DNA of 64,000 bases from Utricularia gibba. Lineage: Eukaryota > Plantae > Magnoliophyta. Location of the stretch: the NCBI GenBank assembly GCA_002189035.1, contig NEEC01000019.1:1550001-1614000 (forward strand). Reading direction: 5' to 3'. Below the pieces are notes generated by a model. It was not told the origin of the DNA. It searched no databases and was given only the letters and a program-made list of their open reading frames with translations. Below, piece after piece: positions 13,436 through 24,487 of this stretch (position 1 is the first letter of the stretch; every line of letters starts with the position of its first letter). Position numbers and translations under genes: made by a program.

Positions 13436-14475
13436 GGGAGCAGAACCAAGATCAAAATTCCGAGATTTTCAGTCTACAAACTCTCCGTCGTCGGACGAAT
13501 GTCTTTTATTCGATACAATGAAAAGCGCAGGTTAGTAATTTCCACTGGAGAAAAAAAACAATATCGCCTTTAACTTGATGGGCTCCACATAAGACGCGTG
13601 TCGCTCTTTCATTAGGTGGAATCGAAAATTTGATCCAAAGCGTGGGTTTCAATTGGCTGGATGTATGAATGATTGGATTTCTTGTTGGGCCCCACCGGGC
13701 CCATGGGCTTCGGAATGGCAATCGAAATAATATTATCTTTGGACTAAAGCGGGACCCACTCGGCCCCACAGTGTGAATTTTTTTTTTCAGTTTTAATTAA
13801 TATGTATGAGGTTCAGTTAACATGACTAATTATTAATATTGTGGCTGCAATTGAGACGCCGATGCACTGTCCAAACGTGACGTGTTTGAAAGTGTCAAAT
13901 CATTTCTAAGGCAAATTACGTATTTTTTTCATTTTAAATATAAATAAAAATTTGGAATGACTTATTTAATATTGAATAATATAGTTTAATTAATGATGCA
14001 TTTAAAATATTTGTGATTGGATAAGCACTTATAATATACTTAAAATAGGTAACATTTTAAAATAATATCATTTTGATATATATGTTTATAATAAATAAAC
14101 TTCGAAAATTTAGAAGAATTTTGAAAATATATTTAATAAATGTAGTTTTTAATATTTTTATTTAAAAAGACAAAAAAAAAATATCAAATTTTATAGTCAT
14201 GTAACTAGAAAAGAATTTTTAGTAATTAAATCTACATTTCAATACTTAAGATGTGTTTGGTGCAATTTTTATTTCAATAAAAATACTTTTATAAGTGATT
14301 CTCGTATAAAACTTAAATGTTTACATGAAGTGTTTCAATTTTTTGAAAAGCTGAAAATCAATGTTTGAATAAAAATTGAAGTGATTTTTTTTTAAAAAAA
14401 ACTTTTTAAAAGTTATTTATTGGAGATGTATCAAGGTTAGGGCATCTTGAAAGCTTACAATCATACAAGCAACGA

Positions 14476-15246
14476 TTATGCTGCGTCGAAGGGAAGAGGA
14501 AAGGATTCACCGCAAACGCTAGAAAAATTAAAGTCGGAATCGAAGCTGGAGTGAAGCAACGAACTGGGGTGGACGCCGTCGTCCTCAGTGCTGTAGAGGG
14601 GAAGATCAGCAAGTGTGAAATCATCAAATGGTGTTGCAAAATCATGCTCAGATAGGAGGCTACTGAACTCGAGCTCCAGATTAGTGTCTCCTTTGATTCC
14701 GGGTATTAATCCAGAGCCAGACAGGGGTTTAGCTGCAGATGAATCTGTATCAGGAGCTGAGGATGGGAAAGAAGCATTGGTGTTACAGGGAGCAAGAGAA
14801 TGCACATCTAAGTTGCTGAAAATTTCATCAGACAAAGCTTTGAGTTCGCGGCGTTTTGATTCATAAGCTTTTGATGCCTCCTCCGCAGTGTTGTAAGTCC
14901 CTAACCAAAGCCTTTTTTGCTGAATAGGGTCGCGTATTTCAGCAGCCCATTTCCCCCATTTACGCTGCCGAACACCTCTGCCTTTGCCAATGTCACTAAA
15001 AGGTTTAGGCCTGCTCCTTGATTCAGGAGGTTTAAGGACTGGACAAGCAGCTGATATGCAGACTTCATTAATAATGTCTTTCCTTTTCTTCCCAGGAGGT
15101 TGATCATCATCTGAGGAATCTGTGGCATAAGGATCACTGCATATGATCTTGATTTTCCTGACTGATTGCCTGGTTTCAGGCTTGAATCGTTTCTTTTTGT
15201 TCATATCTTCCTGGATGCAAGGACTTCTGTTTCCAAGTGCAGGCAT
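14476..15246 (-). CDS. CRF10-like: AP2/ERF cytokinin response factor, CRF10/12-like, intronless CDS
   Basis: CRF motif [20 protein letters not shown]; AP2 domain [18 protein letters not shown]...[15 protein letters not shown] (RKWGKW variant typical of CRF9-12). Confidence 0.9.
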   Translation of the reverse strand: MPALGNRSPCIQEDMNKKKRFKPETRQSVRKIKIICSDPYATDSSDDDQPPGKKRKDIINEVCISAACPVLKPPESRSRPKPFSDIGKGRGVRQRKWGKWAAEIRDPIQQKRLWLGTYNTAEEASKAYESKRRELKALSDEIFSNLDVHSLAPCNTNASFPSSAPDTDSSAAKPLSGSGLIPGIKGDTNLELEFSSLLSEHDFATPFDDFTLADLPLYSTEDDGVHPSSLLHSSFDSDFNFSSVCGESFPLPFDAA

Positions 15247-15324
15247 ACTTGATTCAAACCCACTTCAAAGAGACGCCTCAACAAGCAAAAAACCAGAGGA
15301 ACTCACTCAATCACGGTATCCTTA

Positions 15325-15516
15325 TCATCCCTCAAGAACAAGAAGCTTGTGCAACTGGTGTATGTGGTAATCCCCAAAGCAAACTACTCCAAAACAAATC
15401 CTGTGAATAAGGAAAAATAACCATAAGAAATCATACAGAATAATGTGCACTATTTGAACAGTGATAATATTGTGAGGGGAACAAGAGAAAGATAACCGTT
15501 TGGCTCTCAAACGCAT
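15325..15516 (-). CDS. CPuORF53-like: Conserved-peptide uORF (31 aa, intron-split) in the CRF leader
   Basis: 15516-15497 plus 15400-15325 around a 96-nt GT-AG intron gives MRLRAKRICFGVVCFGDYHIHQLHKLLVLEG*; matches recalled Arabidopsis CPuORF53 MRLRPKRTCSSVEVFGGFHIKQQKFSFFIVR in length and motif; stop lies 78 nt before the main ATG. Confidence 0.85.
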   Translation of the reverse strand: MRLRAKRLSFSCSPHNIITVQIVHIILYDFLWLFFLIHRICFGVVCFGDYHIHQLHKLLVLEG

Positions 15517-16551
15517 CGAACCAGGTGAAACGGAGTACAGGTCGAGCTTGCTGGAGATCACAGCAATGGGATTTTGGCATGCAGGGTGAAGAAAGTGATG
15601 AAAGGCAGAGCTTCTTTGATGGAGGAGCCCCGAAACCAACACCCAAATCAGTGATTTCCGACATAAAAAAACAAAAAAAAAAAGTCCTAGCACCAAATAG
15701 GCGTAATCAAAAAAGGCCCTTCCACGTTCTTCTTCATCACACGAAACAAAATCCCAAGAAGAAAGCATCAAAAGACAGCGAGACTACAGAAAATAAAGCT
15801 TCCATCCAGAACCAGATACAGTGTCAAGAAGCTGACGCCTGTACAGCGATTCGCTGACCAGAGATCCACCGTGTTCCTCCCTTTTCAACCGAGAAAAGGG
15901 AGGAGAGCACTGCAACAGACGGTGGCTGTGGGTATGATATAGTCAAAACAACCAGACTTTTCAATGGAATAATTATTTATTCCACTGATGCTTCATTGCA
16001 CACAGCGACAGACTTCACCAGAGCAACACACATCTCAAGAAACCCGGTCGGCAAATCCAGCCGCCATCACCTTCAACGCAACCCAAAAAAAAACAACACA
16101 ATATTGGGAAATCTAAACATATTCAAGCGCTTGTTCTTCGTGCTATACTCACTTTTTTTCACAGAATTAAATACCAATATTGAATCCTTTTTGAAGTATC
16201 GATAATGTTTTCTTTTCCCACGAAACAAAAAGCAAAGAAATATGATGTATGGAGGGTCATCATGTCATCATGCCCATCACCATCACCCTTTCAAGGCCTC
16301 TTTTTGGACATCTTGGCACCTACGTGGGGGCCCAGGCCCATGGATGGTTGGTTGGTTAGATTGCCCAACACGGCTTTCAGACACACCCGCAACAGCATCG
16401 AGTGGAATCCACGTACCAATTAAAAGCGTCGTAAAATGTTCCACATCCAACCTGCACACTGGCCACAACCAAAAGAAAATATTTAACATTTTTCATATTA
16501 TTTAATATGACAGAGATATTTCATAATTGTTGTATCAACGTATTAATCTAT

Positions 16552-16578
16552 TATATATATATATATATATATATATAT
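16552..16578. repeat. (TA)n microsatellite
   Basis: About 13 TA units. Confidence 0.9.
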
Positions 16579-16733
16579 TACTTAACTTCATATTTATTGT
16601 AAGCCAGCTTGAGGTCAGAAGTGGACACGGCCCACTTGTAAAATGAGGAAGGCCCAATGCAATCAGTTACATCGTGTTTCGGCCAATGGTACACCTTTTT
16701 TTCATCAATCAGTTTTTCAATATATTTAATGAA

Positions 16734-17049
16734 TGTTCTGGAAAATTTTTGAATGAGATTTTTACTTTTGAAAAAATAGAAAGTAGAATTAGAAATTTTT
16801 TATAGGAAGTAAAAATAGAAATGAAGTGTTCTGAAAAAAGTGTAGAAACAGAAATATTTTCGAAAATTTGAGACAAAAATAGAATGAGAAGTAGAATTAA
16901 TTATTTTCTTATTTTTACTTCTGAATCATTTTTATCTATAATCAAAAATTATTTTTATCAAAATATAAATAAAAATAAGAAGTGTTCTATGTAAAATTAT
17001 TTTCAATAAAAATAGAAGTAAAAACAGTATTAAAAAATTTTTCAGAACA
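16734..17049 (+). mobile_element. MITE-like element with terminal inverted repeats
   Basis: TGTTCTGGAAAATTTTT ... AAAAATTTTTCAGAACA; the first ~75 nt are closely similar to the reverse complement of 37515-37587. No clear target-site duplication. Confidence 0.65.
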
Positions 17050-18820
17050 CAACTTTAAAGTTAGAATTTAGGATTTTGTATCGTTTTTTTTATTAATATG
17101 AGATTAATGAAAGCTCTATGATTTGAAGAATTCGATCGTGACGGGACCAACCAGAGGATAAAAATGTAAAACATTAGAATAAAAAATTATTGAAGGGGGC
17201 AAGTTTAAGGATGGGCAAGCAATGGGATTGGATCATGTTGGTATATTTTTTTAAAAATGGAGAAAAAATAATTGGAATGAATAATAATTGCATCATGCGC
17301 ACAGCAGCCAGGCAACTGCAAGGGGAAGCATCCCATGTGATGGGTTGGGCCCAAGCCCAGCGCAGCCCATCACGTGCAGCGACATCATGAAACAACAACG
17401 CACTCCTATTGGTGGACAAGATCCCCCACTCCCCCGAGAAGCCACTCCAAAATAATGCGTTTGTTCGTAATAGACTTTCTTGTTTCTAGATTTTTTTTTA
17501 CAAAAAAAATATTATTAAATATATTTTAGAATAATTGCCTTTCAAAAAAAAAAGGAATGGATTAAATAAATGAGTAAGACAGTGTTTTATAGGTTTTTGT
17601 TTACATATTTAAATATACATATGTTGAAAACCAAAATCTTTTTGATGTAAATGTGCAAGTTTTGATTTATTTTACACATATTTGTAAAATTTAATAATTA
17701 AATAAATTTATAAATTAAATAATGAAAGACAAACCAGGGGTGGGTGGGCTCCACCTTCTCAAATCTTGAAATACACTTCCAAACCGACATCTTTTTTTGT
17801 ATCTATCTAAATATCCAAAGTTGCCAATGAATTTATCTTAATCACCCGAATTGAATTAAATTATATGTGATCTGTACACAATCATTTCTACATCAATATG
17901 ATTGATTTCTATATACTCAACGTGGGCCTATCAGCTGCGCTCCATTTTTGTTTTCGATTGTAATATGATTGGCATCAAAGTGTGTGTTGTTTTATGGGTA
18001 TGTAGTGTTCTCAATCTTGGGTATCGTTTAATATTAAAATAAACATAAGAATAATTTTGATATCAAATAAGATTAATTTTTATTTTAAAATAATTTTTTA
18101 ATGAAGGTGGAATCCATTTATATTTTATTAAAATATGTTTTCAAAAATTAATTTTGAAGGAATATGACCAAACAAGATGTTACATTAACAACACGTTTGA
18201 TGGCCAGCGGAAAACAGGATGGCCGCATCGTTTACGACGTCTCGTAGTGGTCCCCACCGTCGCTGTCCCCGGACTCCAACTCCCGATTCCAATCCACTTA
18301 ATTCCAATGTTTTGGTTACGCAAGGAGCTGACAAATTGAACCCTAGGATTTTTATTTAATTTCCATATAAAAAAAATTACATCAATCGACTCAATCCTAA
18401 GCTTGACTGCTCATCTTAAAAATGCGATTTTTAAATTTGTGTCTCACATTTTTTTCTAAATTGCGGAAATTGAATTTAAAAATCGTGTTAATGACAGCCT
18501 AACCTGGCGGGGGCGGCCGGGTCACCATCATGGTTCCATTTTAAATTTGCTGTCCGTGCAAGATGACGTGTCGCCTGTCCAATTTCCATGATTCATTCGT
18601 TGACGATATGATGCTACTAGGGTTGCGTCTAACGAAACTTAACCCCCTGAAAAGATATCGTTATCGGGGGCCCCACATCACTGTCACGTCACGAGCACCA
18701 CATTTTTTTACCATTGCGTCCCCTCCGCCTATAAATGTGTTACCCTCACCGGCCGGCCAGTTTATGTCCCTTCTCGCTTTACCAATTGCTCTCCCTTCGC
18801 GATATTGATGATACCTTTCA

Positions 18821-19213
18821 ATGGCGGAGAAAAAACGCCCAAGAGACGACGACATTTTACTAGACGAAACCGACGCTAAACTCCCCCGGGAGATGAAGAA
18901 CATTCCGGAAGCCGCCGAAGAACTGATGACGAGGACTTCATTCGCTGACGACATTACCCAAGCTGCAGCGCAATCCTCGCCGCCGGCAGATCGGGCGACT
19001 GATCTGTGTTACTTGCTGGAGGCGACGGACGACGAGCTGGGACTCCCGCCAACGGAATTCGACGAGGAACCGATTTGGAATGACGTGGACAGGGTTTTTG
19101 AGGATTTGGATGTCATCTGGTTATTCCAAGCAGCGGACGACGGGGATGCTACTGAATACGTGGCTTTAGATGGGCTGCTCGCCTACGATGTTGGGTTTGA
19201 TTCGGAATTCTGA
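18821..19213 (+). CDS. Uncharacterised acidic plant protein of the LLEASDDELGLPP family
   Basis: 130 aa, intronless, TATA-like CCTATAAAT about 90 nt upstream, N-terminal KKRPR NLS-like motif, YLLEATDDELGLPP motif recalled from At1g68500/At1g13360-type proteins. Confidence 0.75.
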   Translation: MAEKKRPRDDDILLDETDAKLPREMKNIPEAAEELMTRTSFADDITQAAAQSSPPADRATDLCYLLEATDDELGLPPTEFDEEPIWNDVDRVFEDLDVIWLFQAADDGDATEYVALDGLLAYDVGFDSEF

Positions 19214-19872
19214 GTCATATTGGAGGCCCGATACTCGGCCCAATATCAACTACAAACACGTGTCGTCCTCTTACTGGACATCCCCTCCAATCAAATTTTG
19301 TTTTTTGCCATGTGTTACATATGAATAGACAATAGCCTGGTAACATCGATCAGATACCTTTATCATCATTTGATTTCAAATCTCAAGTTCAATTCAAATC
19401 CTTAATTTTTTATTCCTACTTAACAATTCTATTAAAAAAAAGAAATTTAAATTATTAACTTAATTTCTATTCAATTTATTATAAATTCGATTTTAAAATA
19501 CTGGATGAATAGGTAAATTTATTTGACTGCACGAATTTGTTGTAAAAACCCCAAAACCTTGGGAAGAGCACCGGCGATCGACTTCGGCTCAGGCAACGCC
19601 GGTGCGCTCCCTGTGTTGGATGGTGGGTTTCAGCCATCGGTGATTTTAGATGCTCAGTTCTCAGTTGCAGCGGCTTTGTGGGCTGGTGAAGAGGATGTGC
19701 ATGGATGCGTTACTGATAATGGAGAGCTTGTTCTACTGAACGAGAAAATCATAGTAGTATTATTGAAGACCTGAGAAAAGAACATGAATAGTAGTAGTAG
19801 CTAGGGGTTAAAGTATTCTAATCTTGAAGACTAGCAGACATGGCTGCGAAGAAACCGCCGGCGTTGCATGGA

Positions 19873-20448
19873 TCAGACAATGTAGCCGCTGCCGTAGAAC
19901 ATTCTTCCTTCGCCAAAAGGCATTCCTGCTCCGCCGTAATACATCTGTCCTTCGCCAAATGGCATCCCTGCTCCACCGTAATATACCGGTCCTGCGCCGT
20001 AAGTCACCGTCGGTCCGTCGTGATACATTCCGGGGCCCCTGAAACTGCTACTGGCAGCGTCAGTATTGGACGGTCCTGCTCCACCGCCAACTTCCTCAAT
20101 CTTATCTTCTTCTACAGGCTCCTCCTTCTTCTGCTCGGGTTGCTCCTTCTTTTCCGGCTCAGGTTGCTCCTTCTTCTCCGGCTCGGGTTGCTCCTCCTTT
20201 TTCGGCCCAGACTCTATGTCATTGCTATCGGGCTTGTTTTCACCGGCGCATGACCCACACATCTTCCTTCCCTGGGCTTTGCCGCACTGACGGCACCACA
20301 AAGAGACGGTGACGGCCAGCCCAATGAATAGCGAAATTATTACGCCGGCGACGATCAATACAGTGTAATTTATGCCGTTGCCGTGTGTGGAACCGCTCGG
20401 TGGAGCAAACACGTAGCTATATTCGTATGGTGGCGGCGGTGACGACAT
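19873..20448 (-). CDS. Orphan single-pass membrane protein with tandem repeats
   Basis: 191 aa, intronless; N-terminal SPPPPY; hydrophobic YTVLIVAGVIISLFIGLAVTVSLW; Cys cluster; KKEQPEPE (24 bp) and YYGGAGMPFGEGQM (42 bp) repeats whose units differ mainly at third codon positions. Confidence 0.7.
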   Translation of the reverse strand: MSSPPPPYEYSYVFAPPSGSTHGNGINYTVLIVAGVIISLFIGLAVTVSLWCRQCGKAQGRKMCGSCAGENKPDSNDIESGPKKEEQPEPEKKEQPEPEKKEQPEQKKEEPVEEDKIEEVGGGAGPSNTDAASSSFRGPGMYHDGPTVTYGAGPVYYGGAGMPFGEGQMYYGGAGMPFGEGRMFYGSGYIV

Positions 20449-21597
20449 GTTTCTCTTCTCTTCCGTTGAGGATCGATCGGAAAAGCACTGAAGAAAAGAT
20501 CGTGTCCTCTTTGCAGGTTTCTGGAATCGTACTTATAGACATGCGCGTGTGCAGTTTAAGGAATTTTCATTGAACACCGTAATGAAGCTATGGAAATTAG
20601 CTGCCTATAGAAAGAAACATTTGCTATATAAGATATTTTCCATTATTTGATTAATAGGAAATTTGTGAAATATCTATTTTTAGTAGCATCTAGAACTTCC
20701 TAAAGCCCAACATACTAAATCTAAAATAGTATCCGTCAATTATATTTTTTTGGGATTTGGGTTTTAGGTACATTCCAAAAATAGGCATCGTATGTCTTTC
20801 AAAATTATCATCAAAATCGTTTATTTTTATAATCACGTCGTAGAAGAAGAAAAAAATATTTGGTAAATTAAAAAGAACAGTTATTATTCCAATATTATGA
20901 AATTTATTTTATTTCACATATTCTAATTATGTTCTCAACTTTGTTGGTTAATCGGTTTTCAATAATTTATCGATTTATCGGGTGTCTAATTATCATTTTT
21001 GAAGATTATTTCTTTAAGTTCAAAATTTGATTTGTTAAAAAATAATTTAAAATTTCAAAGTATGAATGTAATGTGAGATTATTTATTTTTATCAAAACGT
21101 TTATTTCAAAAAGTACTTCTATTTGATAATCGTGCTATTTGATGGAATCAATAACAAATATAATTTATCTCGGTAATGAATTTTATAATTTATTTTTGTC
21201 TCTAAAAAGATTTCAATATGTAACTCATCGTTAATAGGATTTTTTTCTTATAAAGAGTTAAAATACTTTGATCTCTATATTTTTATTAATGAAAATATAG
21301 AAAACATGTGTTCCTAAAAGTTATTTTACATACTAAATTGAAACATAGATTCCAATATTATGAAATTTATTTTTTGAAAAAGTTGTACAGTAGGAAATAA
21401 ATAGTTTGTATAAATATATTACATAATGGGACATTCAAGAAATGAAGGCTCGTTGACTCGGGTCTTCCTTTGTCCCCCAAGAAAATTGACGACCGTGCTG
21501 ACTTCCGATAAAGCATAGTGCATTGTTGAGTAATCCTGCACTTCCCGGCGTCTTTTGAGTCTCTGCGTTTGTTCATCGCACAACGGAGATTGAGAGC

Positions 21598-23794
21598 ATG
21601 GCAGTTGAGAGGATCGATTTATCTTCCATTTTGGACTCTCTGGACGGTGGCTTCCTCATTCGCAACAACGGTGATCGGGTAATAATCGATATCCAACATC
21701 GCAGTTTGTTGGGCTGCTTGGTTTCTTTTTGTTCTGGGTTTCGACGAAATTGAAGTTTTAGCTGATGTGATTGTTTTTGCAAATTAGTTGGAGCTAATTG
21801 TGTTTCGTATGTTAGTAGCTGACAAATCGGATTCCCCATCACAGAAGTTGATTGGGAATTTTTTGATAAAGGAGTTTCCATGACTTTATGCTTTTGATGA
21901 TCTGTTGATGGAGAAAGGGAAGGCATGTGGGAGGGAACTTAGTGGAAATATCGATGTTCATGCGGCAGCATGCTTAAGTTTTCCTTTCTTTCCATCCTTT
22001 TTAGGTTGAAGTTGAAAATGTTAAGGGGAAGACCCTTGGGCTCTATTTTTCTGCATCATCGTGTGGTCCTTGCCGTCGATTTACGCCAACCTTAGTGGAG
22101 GCCTACAATGAGATCACTCAAGCGGGCCAAAACTTTGAGATATTGTTTGTCTCTTCAGATCATGATGATGAATCTTTTAATGCATATTTCTCGAAGATGC
22201 CATGGCTTGCAATCCCATTTTCAGATTCTGCGACACGTAAAAAGCTCAAAGAAACTTTCCGTGTCGATGGAATCCCTCACCTTGTCCTCTTTGATGAAAA
22301 TGGTAAGGTACTGACCAAAGAAGGAGTGTCAACTATTGGCGAATATGAATCAGATGGATTCCCGTTCACCCCTGAACACATTAAGAAGCTTGAAGAACAG
22401 GCAGCAGACGCGAAAAAGGATCAAAGCTTGAAATCGTTGCTGGTTACGAAGTCCAGGGACTATGTGATCGCACCAGATGGGAAAAAGGTGATGCTTGGTT
22501 CAGTTTTGGTGATACACCATGTGTTTCTTTCCCTGTTTAGATTTATCATTGATTCTTTCTTTCTATTCTCAAGGTTCCGGTTTCAGAGCTTGAGGGTAAG
22601 ACTGTGGGCTTGTATTTTTCAATGTCTGCTTTTAGAGGAAGTAAGGCCTTTGATCCACGGCTAATTGAAGTGTACAAGGCACTCAAAGAAGAGGGACACA
22701 GCTTTGAGATCATCATGATTCCACTGGATGAAATAGAGTCGGTGTTCCAAGAGTATTTCGAAAAGCTGCCATGGCTCTCATTGCCCTCCAAAGACAAACT
22801 CTGCTTAAAGCTAGCAAAGTATTTTGCTCTTGAAGATTTACCTACAGTGGTTGCTATTGGGGCAGATGGGAAGACACTTCATCCGAATGTAGCTGAAGCC
22901 ATTGATGAACATGGCGCCAACGCCTTTCCTTTCACTCCTGAGAAATTTGTGGAGCTTGGGCAGATAGAGAAGGCCAGACTGGAAGCACAAACACTGGAAT
23001 CTATTTTGGTGTTGAAGGATTTAGACTTCGTAATTGGAAAAGATGGAATCAAGGTGATCTTAGAAAGCTCTTACTTTGAATCTCCAGTAGTTTCCATGCT
23101 CATTCCCAAAAAATTCTTTTGTCAGGTGCCGGTATCTAATCTCGTTGGGAAAACTGTACTTCTGTATTTTTCTGCTGAATGGTGTCCCCCATGCCGGGCT
23201 TTCTTACCATGCCTGATCAAAACATACCAGGAGATAAACAAGAACGGCAATACACTGGAAGTCATCTTCATCTCCAGTGACGGGGACCAAAAATCCTTCA
23301 ATGAATTCTTCTCAGGTATGCCATGGTTGGCGCTCCCTTTTGGCGACGAAAGGAAGGCATCCTTAGCCCGTTTATTCAAAGTCAAAGGCATACCTATGGT
23401 GATTGCTATTGCTCCAAGTGGAAGAACCATCACAACCGATGCTCGAGAGTCTATAGAGTCCTATGGCGCACGAGCTTATCCATTCACAACTGAAAGACTG
23501 GAGGAGATAAAAGCTGAAGCTGATAAAATGGCGGGGGATTGGCCGAGTAAACTGAAGGTTGAAGCTCATGAGCATGAACTCGTTCTCACCGAACGTAAGT
23601 CTTTCTACTGCGACAAATGCGATGTTGAAGGGTCTTCCTGGTCGTTTTACTGTAAAAGCTGTGATTTTGATCTCCACCCACAATGTGCTTTTGAGGAAGA
23701 AAGCGTTACTAATAAAAAGGAAGAGGCTTTGGAGGCTGGAAAGGAAGCAGACGAAAAGTGGATATGTGATGGAGATGTCTGCAAGAAAGAGTGA
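21598..23794 (+). CDS. NRX1: Nucleoredoxin 1-like (three TRX domains plus C1-like Cys/His domain)
   Basis: Exons 21598-21678, 22005-22487, 22574-23053, 23126-23794; active sites SCGPC and WCPPC with a degenerate middle domain; HEHEL...CDKC...CKSCDFDLHPQC; terminal WICDGDVC. Confidence 0.93.
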
Positions 23795-24487
23795 CCAAGT
23801 TATATTATGCGCCTTCTTGTGGTGTGATGGAACTATTGCCTTTGCCTTGCGTGTGATGTGATGGAACTTAAACAATAAGTTGCTTGTGAGAGATGAGATA
23901 ACCCATTCTCTAGTTCTAACATAAAGCTGTCATAAGTAATCATCCCAGTGAACTTACACGAAAAGGGAACTTTCACTTCCCTCCTCAGGGGTTTTCTTTT
24001 ATGTGACACAGGAATGGGCGAGCAGGTACACATCTTCATCTCCCTGAAAACTTGAATTCTGTGCTCAATTCCAAACAATGAAACCCATCTGACTCCGTGG
24101 TAATCCCGTCTCCAATCTTGTCAATGAAACGACAGACACTATTACACAATCACCAGTAATCAGCAATGCAGATTCGACTTTCAAATGGCACATTGTAGAG
24201 AATACCCAAACATGGTTTTCCTGTAATCGTCTCTATTCTCCCTTGTATTCATGCCACCACGAAGCATTCCTATTCTCGTCGCAGAGAGCATGGCGTCCGC
24301 CGTCTGGAAAAGGAGATGATTTCGGGGCGCAAGTGATGACAATAGAAGAAGGTTATGTTGGGCCACTTGAGGATGGGGCCAGGTAATTTGGGCTGGGCCG
24401 AGCAACCGTCAATTACCGTGAAAAAGGATTTACGGTTCAGAGGATAGGTTGTCTAAAAAAGATCGAAGCGGAGAAAGAATCGTCAGC

